Part shown: one piece after another, positions 8,337-15,500 of the stretch
How positions within the stretch are numbered: the stretch's first letter is position 1
How the letters are laid out: the number at the start of each line of letters is the position of its first letter
From: Candidatus Liptonbacteria bacterium
GTDB lineage: Bacteria > Patescibacteriota > Minisyncoccia > UBA6257 > 2-01-FULL-56-20
NCBI GenBank assembly: GCA_016186635.1
Contig: JACPLI010000021.1
Span: 1-59,639 of the forward strand
Reading direction: 5' to 3'
DNA: 59,639 nt
Notes under the pieces: generated by a model
Database searches by the model: none
What the model saw: the letters and a program-made list of their open reading frames with translations, nothing else
What the model was told of the DNA's origin: nothing
Program-made: the position numbers and the translations under genes

Positions 8337-10340
8337 ATGCACCAGCTCGATGAACAGCCGCAGGCGCACGCGGATGTGCGCGCCGCGCCGCCGTCCCGCA
8401 TTGCCTCGACGCTTCGGGCGTTGCCGAAGCGCTCTGCGCCGGGCGGTGCGGGGCCGCGGCGCCCGAATGTAGCGCGTGCCGCGCTCGTGTTTGTGGCGGC
8501 GGCAGTTGCCGCGGGAGGCATATTCATTATCGGTGCGGCGAGAGAGATTCCCCGTGCGGCTGAGCGGGGCGCCGCGAGCATCAGCGAGGGCGTGCGCGGC
8601 CTTCAGGCGCTCGATACCTCCGCCGCCCGCGAGCACTTCGGGCGCGCGCGCGGCGCCGCGGATGGATTTTCGGAAAACCCCCTGAGCGCTGCCGAAGGTT
8701 TTTTCGCGGGGGCGCCTGAGCTGTTCCGCGGAATGTCGGCGCTTGCGGGCGCGGGCATATCCGTGGCGGGAGATGCGGATTACGTCGCCGTGCATGCGGT
8801 TGACGCGTTTCTTGGGACGGAGGGAGATGCGGTACTCGCGCGGCTTCATCGCATCGCGCAGTCGCTTGAAGAAATCCGCGACGCAAGCCAGTCGCTCGCG
8901 TCCCACGCGGAGCGCGCGGGAGTGGGTGCATCATTTCCGGAACTGGTGATTCCGTTTGCGTTTGATGCTGATGGCGCCGCCCGGTTCATCCGCGCCGGGC
9001 TCTCGTGGGCGGGGGTCCCGGAGGGGCGCCGCATCGCCGTTCTTTTCCAGAATCCCCTCGAAATGCGCCCTTCGGGAGGATTCCTCGGCAGTTTTGCGGA
9101 GGTGTATGTGCGCGGCGGCGTCATCGTTTCTTCCACCGTGCGCGATATCCTTGAGGCGGACCGTACGTTTGCGCCGAATATCATCCCGCCGCAACCGCTT
9201 CAGGGAGTGGTGCGCCGGTGGAAGGCTGCGGATGCGAACTGGTTCTTCGATTTTCCGTCCTCCGCCGCGCAGGTTATGCGGTTTCTCGAGAGTTCCGATT
9301 TCTACCGCCGCGCGGCGGTCATGTTCGACGGCGCGATTGCCGTTTCTCCCCGCGTCGCGGCTGACCTCCTCGCGCGCACGGGACCCATTTCCGTCGCGGG
9401 TGTCGGCACGCTCAATGCAGACAATGTCCTTACCAAGCTCCAGGACGACGTGGAACGGCGCCAGGCGGCGGGGGAGCGGTTCCCCAAGCAGGCACTCCCC
9501 GCGCTCGTCGAGAGCGTGCGCGCCCGCCTTGCCGCGCTCGATGCCCCCGCAAAGCAGGAGATCGCGGGACGCATTGCGGAGTGGCTTGCCCGCCGGGACG
9601 TGATGCTCTACGTCAAAGACCGCGCGCTCCAGGGGATGATTGAGCAGTACGGCATGGGCGGCGAGGTATTTCGGCTCCCCGAGGACTTTGAGGGCGATTA
9701 CCTTGCGATTGCAGATGCAAATGTGGGCGGGGGGAAGACCGACGGCGTGATTGCCCAGCGCGTCACATGGGAGAGCCAGCTCAATGCGGATGGCGCGGTG
9801 ACAAATCACCTTGTTCTTGCCCGCAGGCATAACGGCGGCGCGAGCCCGTATGCGTGGAGCCGGCTTCCGAACGACGGCTACCTTCAAATCTTCGTTCCGG
9901 AGCGGGCGGAGCTTGAAAATTTCTCCGGGGGGAAGAAGGTGGCGCCGCCGGCGCGCCCGGAGTACCGGCGCTTTGCCGCTGACCCACTCCTTGCGGAGCT
10001 TGAGCTCGGCACAGAAGCGTCCGCGGCATTCCCCCACGTTACGACCCGTCTTGAAGCGAGCAGGCGGGTGTTCGCCACGCGCCTCACGGTCGCTCCGGGG
10101 GAGGAAGCGAAGGTTATCATGGACTACTCCCACCGCCTTTTTGTGCGCCCGCGGGACGGCACGCGGTACCGTTTCGTGTTTGAGCGGCAGGCGGGGAGCG
10201 TGCGGGAGTACCGCTTTACCGTGAGCGCGCCGGTGGGGTTCCGCTTTCAGGAAAACCAGCTGCCAGTGTGGACGTTCGCCACCAATGACCCTCCGGGAAG
10301 GATGATTGTTGACTTGACGCTTGAGCGCATCAGCGAATAG
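8337..10340 (+). CDS. DUF4012 domain protein
   Basis: FQNPLEMRPSGGFLGSFAEV signature and an N-terminal TM segment. Confidence 0.7.
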   Translation: MHQLDEQPQAHADVRAAPPSRIASTLRALPKRSAPGGAGPRRPNVARAALVFVAAAVAAGGIFIIGAAREIPRAAERGAASISEGVRGLQALDTSAAREHFGRARGAADGFSENPLSAAEGFFAGAPELFRGMSALAGAGISVAGDADYVAVHAVDAFLGTEGDAVLARLHRIAQSLEEIRDASQSLASHAERAGVGASFPELVIPFAFDADGAARFIRAGLSWAGVPEGRRIAVLFQNPLEMRPSGGFLGSFAEVYVRGGVIVSSTVRDILEADRTFAPNIIPPQPLQGVVRRWKAADANWFFDFPSSAAQVMRFLESSDFYRRAAVMFDGAIAVSPRVAADLLARTGPISVAGVGTLNADNVLTKLQDDVERRQAAGERFPKQALPALVESVRARLAALDAPAKQEIAGRIAEWLARRDVMLYVKDRALQGMIEQYGMGGEVFRLPEDFEGDYLAIADANVGGGKTDGVIAQRVTWESQLNADGAVTNHLVLARRHNGGASPYAWSRLPNDGYLQIFVPERAELENFSGGKKVAPPARPEYRRFAADPLLAELELGTEASAAFPHVTTRLEASRRVFATRLTVAPGEEAKVIMDYSHRLFVRPRDGTRYRFVFERQAGSVREYRFTVSAPVGFRFQENQLPVWTFATNDPPGRMIVDLTLERISE

Positions 10341-10405
10341 CGAATTCGCAACGAATTTACGAATTCGAAAATTCGTATTACCATTCGATATTCGTTGATG
10401 CACAC

Positions 10406-10447
10406 ATGCACCACATCCGCAACTTCGTCATTATCGCCCACATTGAT
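10406..10447 (+). pseudogene. orphan duplicate of the lepA 5' end
   Basis: ATG CAC CAC ATC CGC AAC TTC GTC ATT ATC GCC CAC ATT GAT encodes MHHIRNFVIIAHID. It matches 10598-10632 apart from three synonymous changes. Confidence 0.7.
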
Positions 10448-10589
10448 TGTCGCCCCGCCGCGGGACTCCCACGAACCCAGCGGTTCGTGTACTCTGCCAC
10501 GGGGAAACTCTCCTTCGACCCCGAGCTCAGGACCGAGGGGCCGTTTCCCCGACCCCTTTCCCAAATCAATATGGGCGAGGGAGATTAAT

Positions 10590-12491
10590 ATGGGTAACAT
10601 CCGCAACTTTGTGATTATCGCCCATATTGATTCCGGCAAGTCCACGCTTGCGGACCGTCTTTTGGAGCTCACCGGCACGGTGGAGGCGCGCTCAATGCGC
10701 CCGCAGTATCTTGACCAGCTTGATTTGGAGCGCGAGCGCGGCATCACCATAAAGATGGCACCCGTGAGAATGGAATATGGAATAAGGAATATAGAATATG
10801 GCGGAAAAGGAGACCAAAATTCCAAATTCCAAATTCCAAATTCCTCAGATTCAAGATATATCTTGAATCTGATAGACACCCCCGGCCATTCCGATTTCTC
10901 CTACGAGGTTTCCCGCGCCTTGGCCGCGGTTGAAGGGGCAATTCTCCTTGTGGATGGCACGAAAGGCATCCAGGCGCAGACCTTGGCGAATCTGAGAGCC
11001 GCCCGAAAAGCGAATCTTACCGTGATCGGCGCCGTGAATAAGATAGACCTCTTTGAGGCGCGGATTGACGCGGATGGTACTATTGAACAGCGCGTGCGCG
11101 AGTTGGCGGAGCTTTTGAGTTGCGCGCCGGGGAACATCCTGCGTGTTTCGGGAAAAACAGGGAAGGGAGTGCCAGAGTTGCTCGAAGCAGTCATTGGAAA
11201 AGTTCCGCCGCCGTACATCCGCGAAAATCAGCGTCTTGATCCGCGATTGTCCGCGGTGGGCGCGAGAGCGCTTATATTTGATTCTCTCTATGACGACCAC
11301 AAGGGAATCGTGGCGTATGTGCGGGTGGTGGAGGGTGCGCTTCGGGCGGGGGAGGAAGTGGAGCTCCTCGCGAGCGGGGCAGCGATGCGCATAAAAGAAG
11401 TGGGATACTTCGCGCCAAAGTTTCGCACGAGTGAAATCCTTAACGAAGGAGAAATCGGCTATATCGCCACGGGGCTTAAAGAACCCGCCAAGGTGAAAAT
11501 CGGCGATACTATTGTAGGGCTCTCAAATTACCAGTTACCAATTACCAATTTACAAACGCTTGCGTTGCCCGGCTACCGCGACCCCCAGCCGGTGGTATTC
11601 CTTTCTTTTTATCCGGACGGAGACACCGAGTTTGAGGATTTGGAGCGGGCGCTTGCGCGCCTCAAGCTCAACGACCCCGCGCTCCGCTTTGAGCCCGATG
11701 CGAACGAGGCGCTCGGCAGGGGATTCAAGGTGGGTTTTTTGGGCCAGCTTCACTTCGAAATCGCGGCGAGCCGCCTCACGCGCGAGTTCAATCTTTCCTT
11801 TCTCACCAGTTTCCCGTCGGTGGCGTATCGGGTGGAGGAGCGAGGGGTTTCACGGGTGATTACGCAGCCGCAGGACTTTCCCGATGCGCCCGATGCGGTG
11901 TGGGAGCCAATGATCGCGCTCGAGGTGGTTGTGCCGCCGGAATATCTGAATCAAGTGCTGACCTTGCAGCACACATTCGAGTTTCAGGTTGGCGCTATCC
12001 ACAACTTTGGCGCGCATCTCGCGCTTGAGGCGCGCATGCCGCTTCGGGAGCTCATACGGGACTTCGACGACCGGTTGAAGTCGGCGTCCGCCGGTTTTGC
12101 TTCCTTCAGTTACGAGATTGCGGGCGAGGCGCGCGGCGATGTGCAGAAGCTCGAAGTGCTGCTCGCGGGCGAGATTGTTGCCGCGCTCACCCGCATTGTG
12201 CCCGCGGCGAGCGTTGCCCATGAAGCCCGGCAGACTGTGGAGCGTTTGAAGGGGCTCTTGCCGAAACAGCAGTTTCCGCAGGCGATTCAGGCGCGCGTGG
12301 GAGGGCGCATTCTTGCGCGCGAGACAATCCCCGCGCTCAAAAAACTTTTGGGCAATTTCGGGAAGACGGGAGGCGACCGGACGCGGAAGATGAAGCTGTG
12401 GAAGAAACAGCAGGAGGGGAAGAAAAAGCTTCTTCAAATGGCGCGCGTGAAGCTCTCGCCGGAGGTGTTTCGGGAGATACTGAAAAAGTAA
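10590..12491 (+). CDS. lepA: elongation factor 4 (LepA)
   Basis: MGNIRNFVIIAHIDSGKSTLADRLL, DTPGH, NKID and the LepA C-terminal domain. ORF 10395.. trimmed to the conserved start. Confidence 0.95.
   Translation: MGNIRNFVIIAHIDSGKSTLADRLLELTGTVEARSMRPQYLDQLDLERERGITIKMAPVRMEYGIRNIEYGGKGDQNSKFQIPNSSDSRYILNLIDTPGHSDFSYEVSRALAAVEGAILLVDGTKGIQAQTLANLRAARKANLTVIGAVNKIDLFEARIDADGTIEQRVRELAELLSCAPGNILRVSGKTGKGVPELLEAVIGKVPPPYIRENQRLDPRLSAVGARALIFDSLYDDHKGIVAYVRVVEGALRAGEEVELLASGAAMRIKEVGYFAPKFRTSEILNEGEIGYIATGLKEPAKVKIGDTIVGLSNYQLPITNLQTLALPGYRDPQPVVFLSFYPDGDTEFEDLERALARLKLNDPALRFEPDANEALGRGFKVGFLGQLHFEIAASRLTREFNLSFLTSFPSVAYRVEERGVSRVITQPQDFPDAPDAVWEPMIALEVVVPPEYLNQVLTLQHTFEFQVGAIHNFGAHLALEARMPLRELIRDFDDRLKSASAGFASFSYEIAGEARGDVQKLEVLLAGEIVAALTRIVPAASVAHEARQTVERLKGLLPKQQFPQAIQARVGGRILARETIPALKKLLGNFGKTGGDRTRKMKLWKKQQEGKKKLLQMARVKLSPEVFREILKK
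10768..10872. repeat. AT-rich composite repeat in frame in the lepA G domain
   Basis: (aaattcc)x4 at 10817-10844 and a 22-nt palindrome gattcaagatatatcttgaatc at 10848-10869, inside GC-rich coding sequence. Confidence 0.85.
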
Positions 12492-12623
12492 TTCCTAATT
12501 TCTAATATCGAATTTCTAAATAAATCCCAATCCCCCAATATTCAAATCCCAAACGAGCCATTTGGAATTTGATAATTGTGACTTCGATATTGTTTAGAAA
12601 TTAGTAATTAGATATTAGAAATT
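12490..12623. repeat. 134-nt spacer element, copy B (inverted relative to copy A)
   Basis: Starts inside the lepA stop codon. Reverse complement of 5238-5371. Confidence 0.85.
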
Positions 12624-12636
12624 GTAAGCTACAAGC

Positions 12637-12942
12637 ATGCGTATCGCTGCCCTTCTCGCGCTTGCCTTGGTGCTCGTCGTGCTCGGAATTGAAGTCCGGC
12701 GGTTTTGGGCAGAGGGGAACGGCGCCGAGCAAACCATGGGGCGTATCGAGGAAAAGCTTCGGCGCGCGGAGAGCGAATCGGCGGAGCTTGACGCGACCAT
12801 TCAGTACTACCGGGAGCCGGAGAACCTTGAGAAAGAGATGCGCGCTCGTTTCAACTACCGCAGCGCTGGCGAAAAGCTTTTGATTCTTGTGCCGAAAGAG
12901 CCAACGTCCACCGCGAGTTCCGTTCCGGCGGCGTCACCGTAA
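12637..12942 (+). CDS. FtsB/DivIC-like septum formation initiator
   Basis: 101 aa with a TM segment, a coiled coil and ..YYREPENLEKEMRARFNY... Confidence 0.6.
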   Translation: MRIAALLALALVLVVLGIEVRRFWAEGNGAEQTMGRIEEKLRRAESESAELDATIQYYREPENLEKEMRARFNYRSAGEKLLILVPKEPTSTASSVPAASP

Positions 12943-12954
12943 CTATTTTGCCAC

Positions 12955-13509
12955 ATGCGGCGCTACACCATATTCTTTTCCATAATCGCGGCCACGGTGA
13001 CGGCGGTGTTTGCGGTGCGGGCGGGGTACTATCCGCTGGCGCTCGTCGGCGGCGACATACTGCTTGCGCGGGATTTTCGAAACCAGTATCGGGCGGCGCG
13101 CACCTATTATGAGAACGTGCGGGCGATGTATGGCGCAGCGAGCACGCTGCCCGCCGCGGACATGGAACGCGCGGTGTTCACCGCGATGATTGAGGGGGCG
13201 CTGGTCCATGCGGCGGTGCGGGAGGAGATTGGCACGGAAACGGCGCGCATGGTCGCCGCGCGCGTGGATGCGTTCTTGGAAGACGCCGACCTTCTGCGCG
13301 CCGCGGACGCTGCCTACGGCGTGGGCGCGGGAGAGTTTCGCGCCATGGTGCTCGTGCCCCAGGCGGAGCGCGAGATTCTCACGGGACAGCTTTTCCTGCG
13401 CGGGGAGAAGTTCGAAGACTGGCTTGCCAAGGCGAAGCGCAGTGAACGGGTGGTGGTGCTCGCGCCGGGGCTTCACTGGGACGGCGCCGAGGTGCAGAGC
13501 GGCAGATGA
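12955..13509 (+). CDS. membrane-anchored hypothetical protein (possibly SurA-N-like)
   Basis: N-terminal TM segment. No firm motif. Confidence 0.5.
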   Translation: MRRYTIFFSIIAATVTAVFAVRAGYYPLALVGGDILLARDFRNQYRAARTYYENVRAMYGAASTLPAADMERAVFTAMIEGALVHAAVREEIGTETARMVAARVDAFLEDADLLRAADAAYGVGAGEFRAMVLVPQAEREILTGQLFLRGEKFEDWLAKAKRSERVVVLAPGLHWDGAEVQSGR

Positions 13510-13572
13510 GAAGGGCGTGAAGGCGGGATTGACGCCGTCGCGGGGGAGGCGCAGGATAGAAAGGTTGCTCCC

Positions 13573-14241
13573 ATGACAAAGGAAGATTTGATTCAGGAGC
13601 TTCGGGCATACCGGGTACTCAAGTCTCCTTCTCTCATCCGCGCGTTTTATACGGTGGACCGGCGCGGGTTCGTGCCGCCTGAATATGCGGAAGAGGCGTA
13701 CGGGGATTATCCCATTTCCATTGGGTTCGGGCAGACCATTTCCCAGCCCTTGACTGTGGCGTTCATGCTTGAGCTTCTCCTGCCGCGGCCGGGGGATTCA
13801 GTGCTTGAGATTGGCGCCGGCTCCGGCTGGCAAGCGGCGCTCTTGGGGTATGTGGTGAGCGGGGGCGGCACGGTGTCGGGGAAACGCCGCCAGTGCGCTC
13901 CGGTGGTGACTATGGAGCGCGTTCTGCCGCTCTGCGACATGGCGAGCGCGAACATCCGCGGGTGCCCGGTTATCCGGAAGGGGGTGGTCGAGGTGGTGGC
14001 GGGGGATGGCTCGCGCGGGCACGCGCGGTGCGCGCCGTATGACCGTATCATCGCGGCGGCGACCACCGGTTCCATCCCGGTCGCGTGGAAGGAGCAACTG
14101 CGGGTGGGAGGGAGGATTGTGGCGCCCGTCGAGGACACGATTGAGGTGCACGACAAGCTCTCTACGGGGGACTACAACATCCGCGTGTATCACGGGTTCC
14201 GGTTTGTGCCGCTCGTGACCGATGAACGGGAAGGGGGTTGA
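13573..14241 (+). CDS. pcm: protein-L-isoaspartate O-methyltransferase, copy 1
   Basis: GQTISQPLTVAFMLELL and VLEIGAGSGWQAALL SAM motif. Confidence 0.85.
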   Translation: MTKEDLIQELRAYRVLKSPSLIRAFYTVDRRGFVPPEYAEEAYGDYPISIGFGQTISQPLTVAFMLELLLPRPGDSVLEIGAGSGWQAALLGYVVSGGGTVSGKRRQCAPVVTMERVLPLCDMASANIRGCPVIRKGVVEVVAGDGSRGHARCAPYDRIIAAATTGSIPVAWKEQLRVGGRIVAPVEDTIEVHDKLSTGDYNIRVYHGFRFVPLVTDEREGG

Positions 14242-14281
14242 CGAGACGCGCCCAGAAGTGCATTATGAGAAGGTTGTTCCC

Positions 14282-14944
14282 ATGACGAAAGAAGATGTAC
14301 TGGAAGAGCTGGTAACGCATAAAATTCTTCAATCCCCCTCGCTCACACGGGCTTTTCATAAGGTGGACCGGCGCGATTTTGTGGCGTCTCACCTTGCGGC
14401 GGAGGCGTACGCCGACTATCCGCTCCCGCTCGGGTTTGAGCAGACCATGCCGGTGCCGCTCGCGGTGGCGTTCATGCTTGAGCTTCTCCTGCCGCGTCCG
14501 GGTGAGCGCGTGCTTGAAATCGGCACGGGCTCCGGCTGGCAAGCGGCGCTCTTGGGGTATGCGCTCTCTGAGGGGGTGCCTCCGGAGCGATACGCCCGGA
14601 GCCCTGCGGTAGTGACCGTGGAGCGCATTCTGCCCTTAAGCGAAATTGCAAAGGAGAATCTCCGCAAGTGCGCGGCGCTTCCCAAAGGCGTGGTGCACGT
14701 GGTTGCGGGCGACGGCATGCGCGGCTACGCGAAGTACGCCCCCTACGACAGGATTATCTCAACTATTGTGACAAGCTCCGTTCCTGCCGCGTGGAAGGAG
14801 CAGCTGCGGATAGGGGGGAGAATCGTTTCCCCCAACGAGGACGTCATCGAGGTGCACGACAAGCTTTCTGCGATTGACTACAATACCCGGGCGTACCACG
14901 GGCTGGGATTCATATCGCTTGAAGGGGAGGGGGACGCGTCGTAG
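14282..14944 (+). CDS. pcm: protein-L-isoaspartate O-methyltransferase, copy 2
   Basis: MTKEDVLEEL start parallels copy 1. EQTMPVPLAVAFMLELL, VLEIGTGSGWQAALL. Confidence 0.85.
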   Translation: MTKEDVLEELVTHKILQSPSLTRAFHKVDRRDFVASHLAAEAYADYPLPLGFEQTMPVPLAVAFMLELLLPRPGERVLEIGTGSGWQAALLGYALSEGVPPERYARSPAVVTVERILPLSEIAKENLRKCAALPKGVVHVVAGDGMRGYAKYAPYDRIISTIVTSSVPAAWKEQLRIGGRIVSPNEDVIEVHDKLSAIDYNTRAYHGLGFISLEGEGDAS

Positions 14945-14969
14945 AATTGGGGCGTAGTGCGGGATGAAT

Positions 14970-15040
14970 GCGGGATTAGTACAGTGGCAGTACGCGACCT
15001 TCCCAAGGTTGAGACGAGGGTTCGATTCCCTTATCCCGCT
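14970..15040 (+). tRNA. tRNA-Gly (anticodon CCC)
   Basis: Hand-folded cloverleaf: gcgggat/atcccgc acceptor, gtac D stem, cgacc-ttCCCaa-ggttg anticodon arm, gaggg-ttcgatt-ccctt T arm. No encoded CCA. Confidence 0.85.
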
Positions 15041-15044
15041 CGTG

Positions 15045-15085
15045 CAAGCAAAAAGAACACTTATGAATAGTGTTCTTTTTGCTTG
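15045..15085 (+). terminator. 16-bp perfect hairpin after tRNA-Gly
   Basis: caagcaaaaagaacac / gtgttctttttgcttg with a 9-nt loop, followed by ttgt. Confidence 0.55.
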
Positions 15086-15114
15086 TTGTATGGTAAGGGA
15101 ATCGAACGGCGGAG

Positions 15115-15198
15115 GGGGTCGGGGAACCGCGCTCGGTTCCCCGTGTCGGAAATCATTCAAAACCGAGGGTTGTGAAAAGCGATCCGCCAACCGGCGGA
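15115..15198. repeat. three-hairpin element, copy X
   Basis: Shares ggggtcggggaa..ttccccgtgtNggaa..tcaaaaccgagggttNtga.. and a terminal GC hairpin with 32961-33068. Confidence 0.6.
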
Positions 15199-15208
15199 GA
15201 GCGCGTGA

Positions 15209-15226
15209 GATTCCCTTATCCCGCTC
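15209..15226 (+). repeat. 18-nt direct repeat of the tRNA-Gly 3' end
   Basis: gattcccttatcccgctc is identical to 15024-15041. Confidence 0.9.
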
Positions 15227-15295
15227 TACTGTAAAAACGGCCGGATTTTTGCGGTCGTTTTTACATCAGAGGGAAGGGAATCGGGAATGTAACAA

Positions 15296-15312
15296 GCGCC
15301 GAGTTATCCACA
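15296..15312 (+). promoter_or_regulatory. gcgccgagTTATCCACA motif (perfect DnaA-box nonamer)
   Basis: 17-nt direct repeat also at 15427-15443. A related copy is at 24081-24097. Confidence 0.4.
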
Positions 15313-15426
15313 AGTATCCCCTTATTACATACGTATCGGTTGTCATTCCCGCGGAAGCGGGAATCTAGGGCCTGGATCCCCCCGCGTGGGCGGGGATGAC
15401 AGAAGCATTATGTGATGAAGGGAGAG

Positions 15427-15443
15427 GCGCCGAGTTATCCACA
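15427..15443 (+). promoter_or_regulatory. gcgccgagTTATCCACA motif, second copy
   Basis: 17/17 identical to 15296-15312. Lies 58 nt upstream of the ATG at 15501. Confidence 0.4.
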
Positions 15444-15500
15444 GCCCTCGGCTTTCCGAAGTTGTATAATGAGCCAAAGTCGCATTTTCATAAAAAATTC

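Noticed and set aside
8931-10403. 490-aa ORF antisense to the DUF4012 gene, and many similar long antisense or overlapping ORFs throughout the GC-rich genes (e.g. 5363-6262, 6852-7751, 36220-37260, 53999-54748)
   Set aside because: They are Arg/Pro/Gly-rich and low in complexity, lack motifs, and fully overlap genes with clear homology signatures. This is the typical stop-codon-poor alternate frame of high-GC DNA.
10395-10589. N-terminal 65-aa extension of lepA suggested by the ORF track (start at 10395)
   Set aside because: The conserved LepA N-terminus (MGNIRNFVIIAHIDSGKST) starts at 10590. The upstream part is Ser/Pro-rich read-through across repeat sequence and the decayed duplicate of the 5' end, which lies in another frame.
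15041-15226. A second tRNA, or a tRNA intron, downstream of tRNA-Gly
   Set aside because: Only the 18-nt 3' end is duplicated. No acceptor, D or anticodon arms can be folded from the intervening sequence.
15296-15443. Replication origin, inferred from the perfect DnaA boxes
   Set aside because: There are only two boxes here and one at 24089. No dnaA or dnaN neighbour, no AT-rich DUE, and no box clustering typical of oriC. Kept only as a motif observation.
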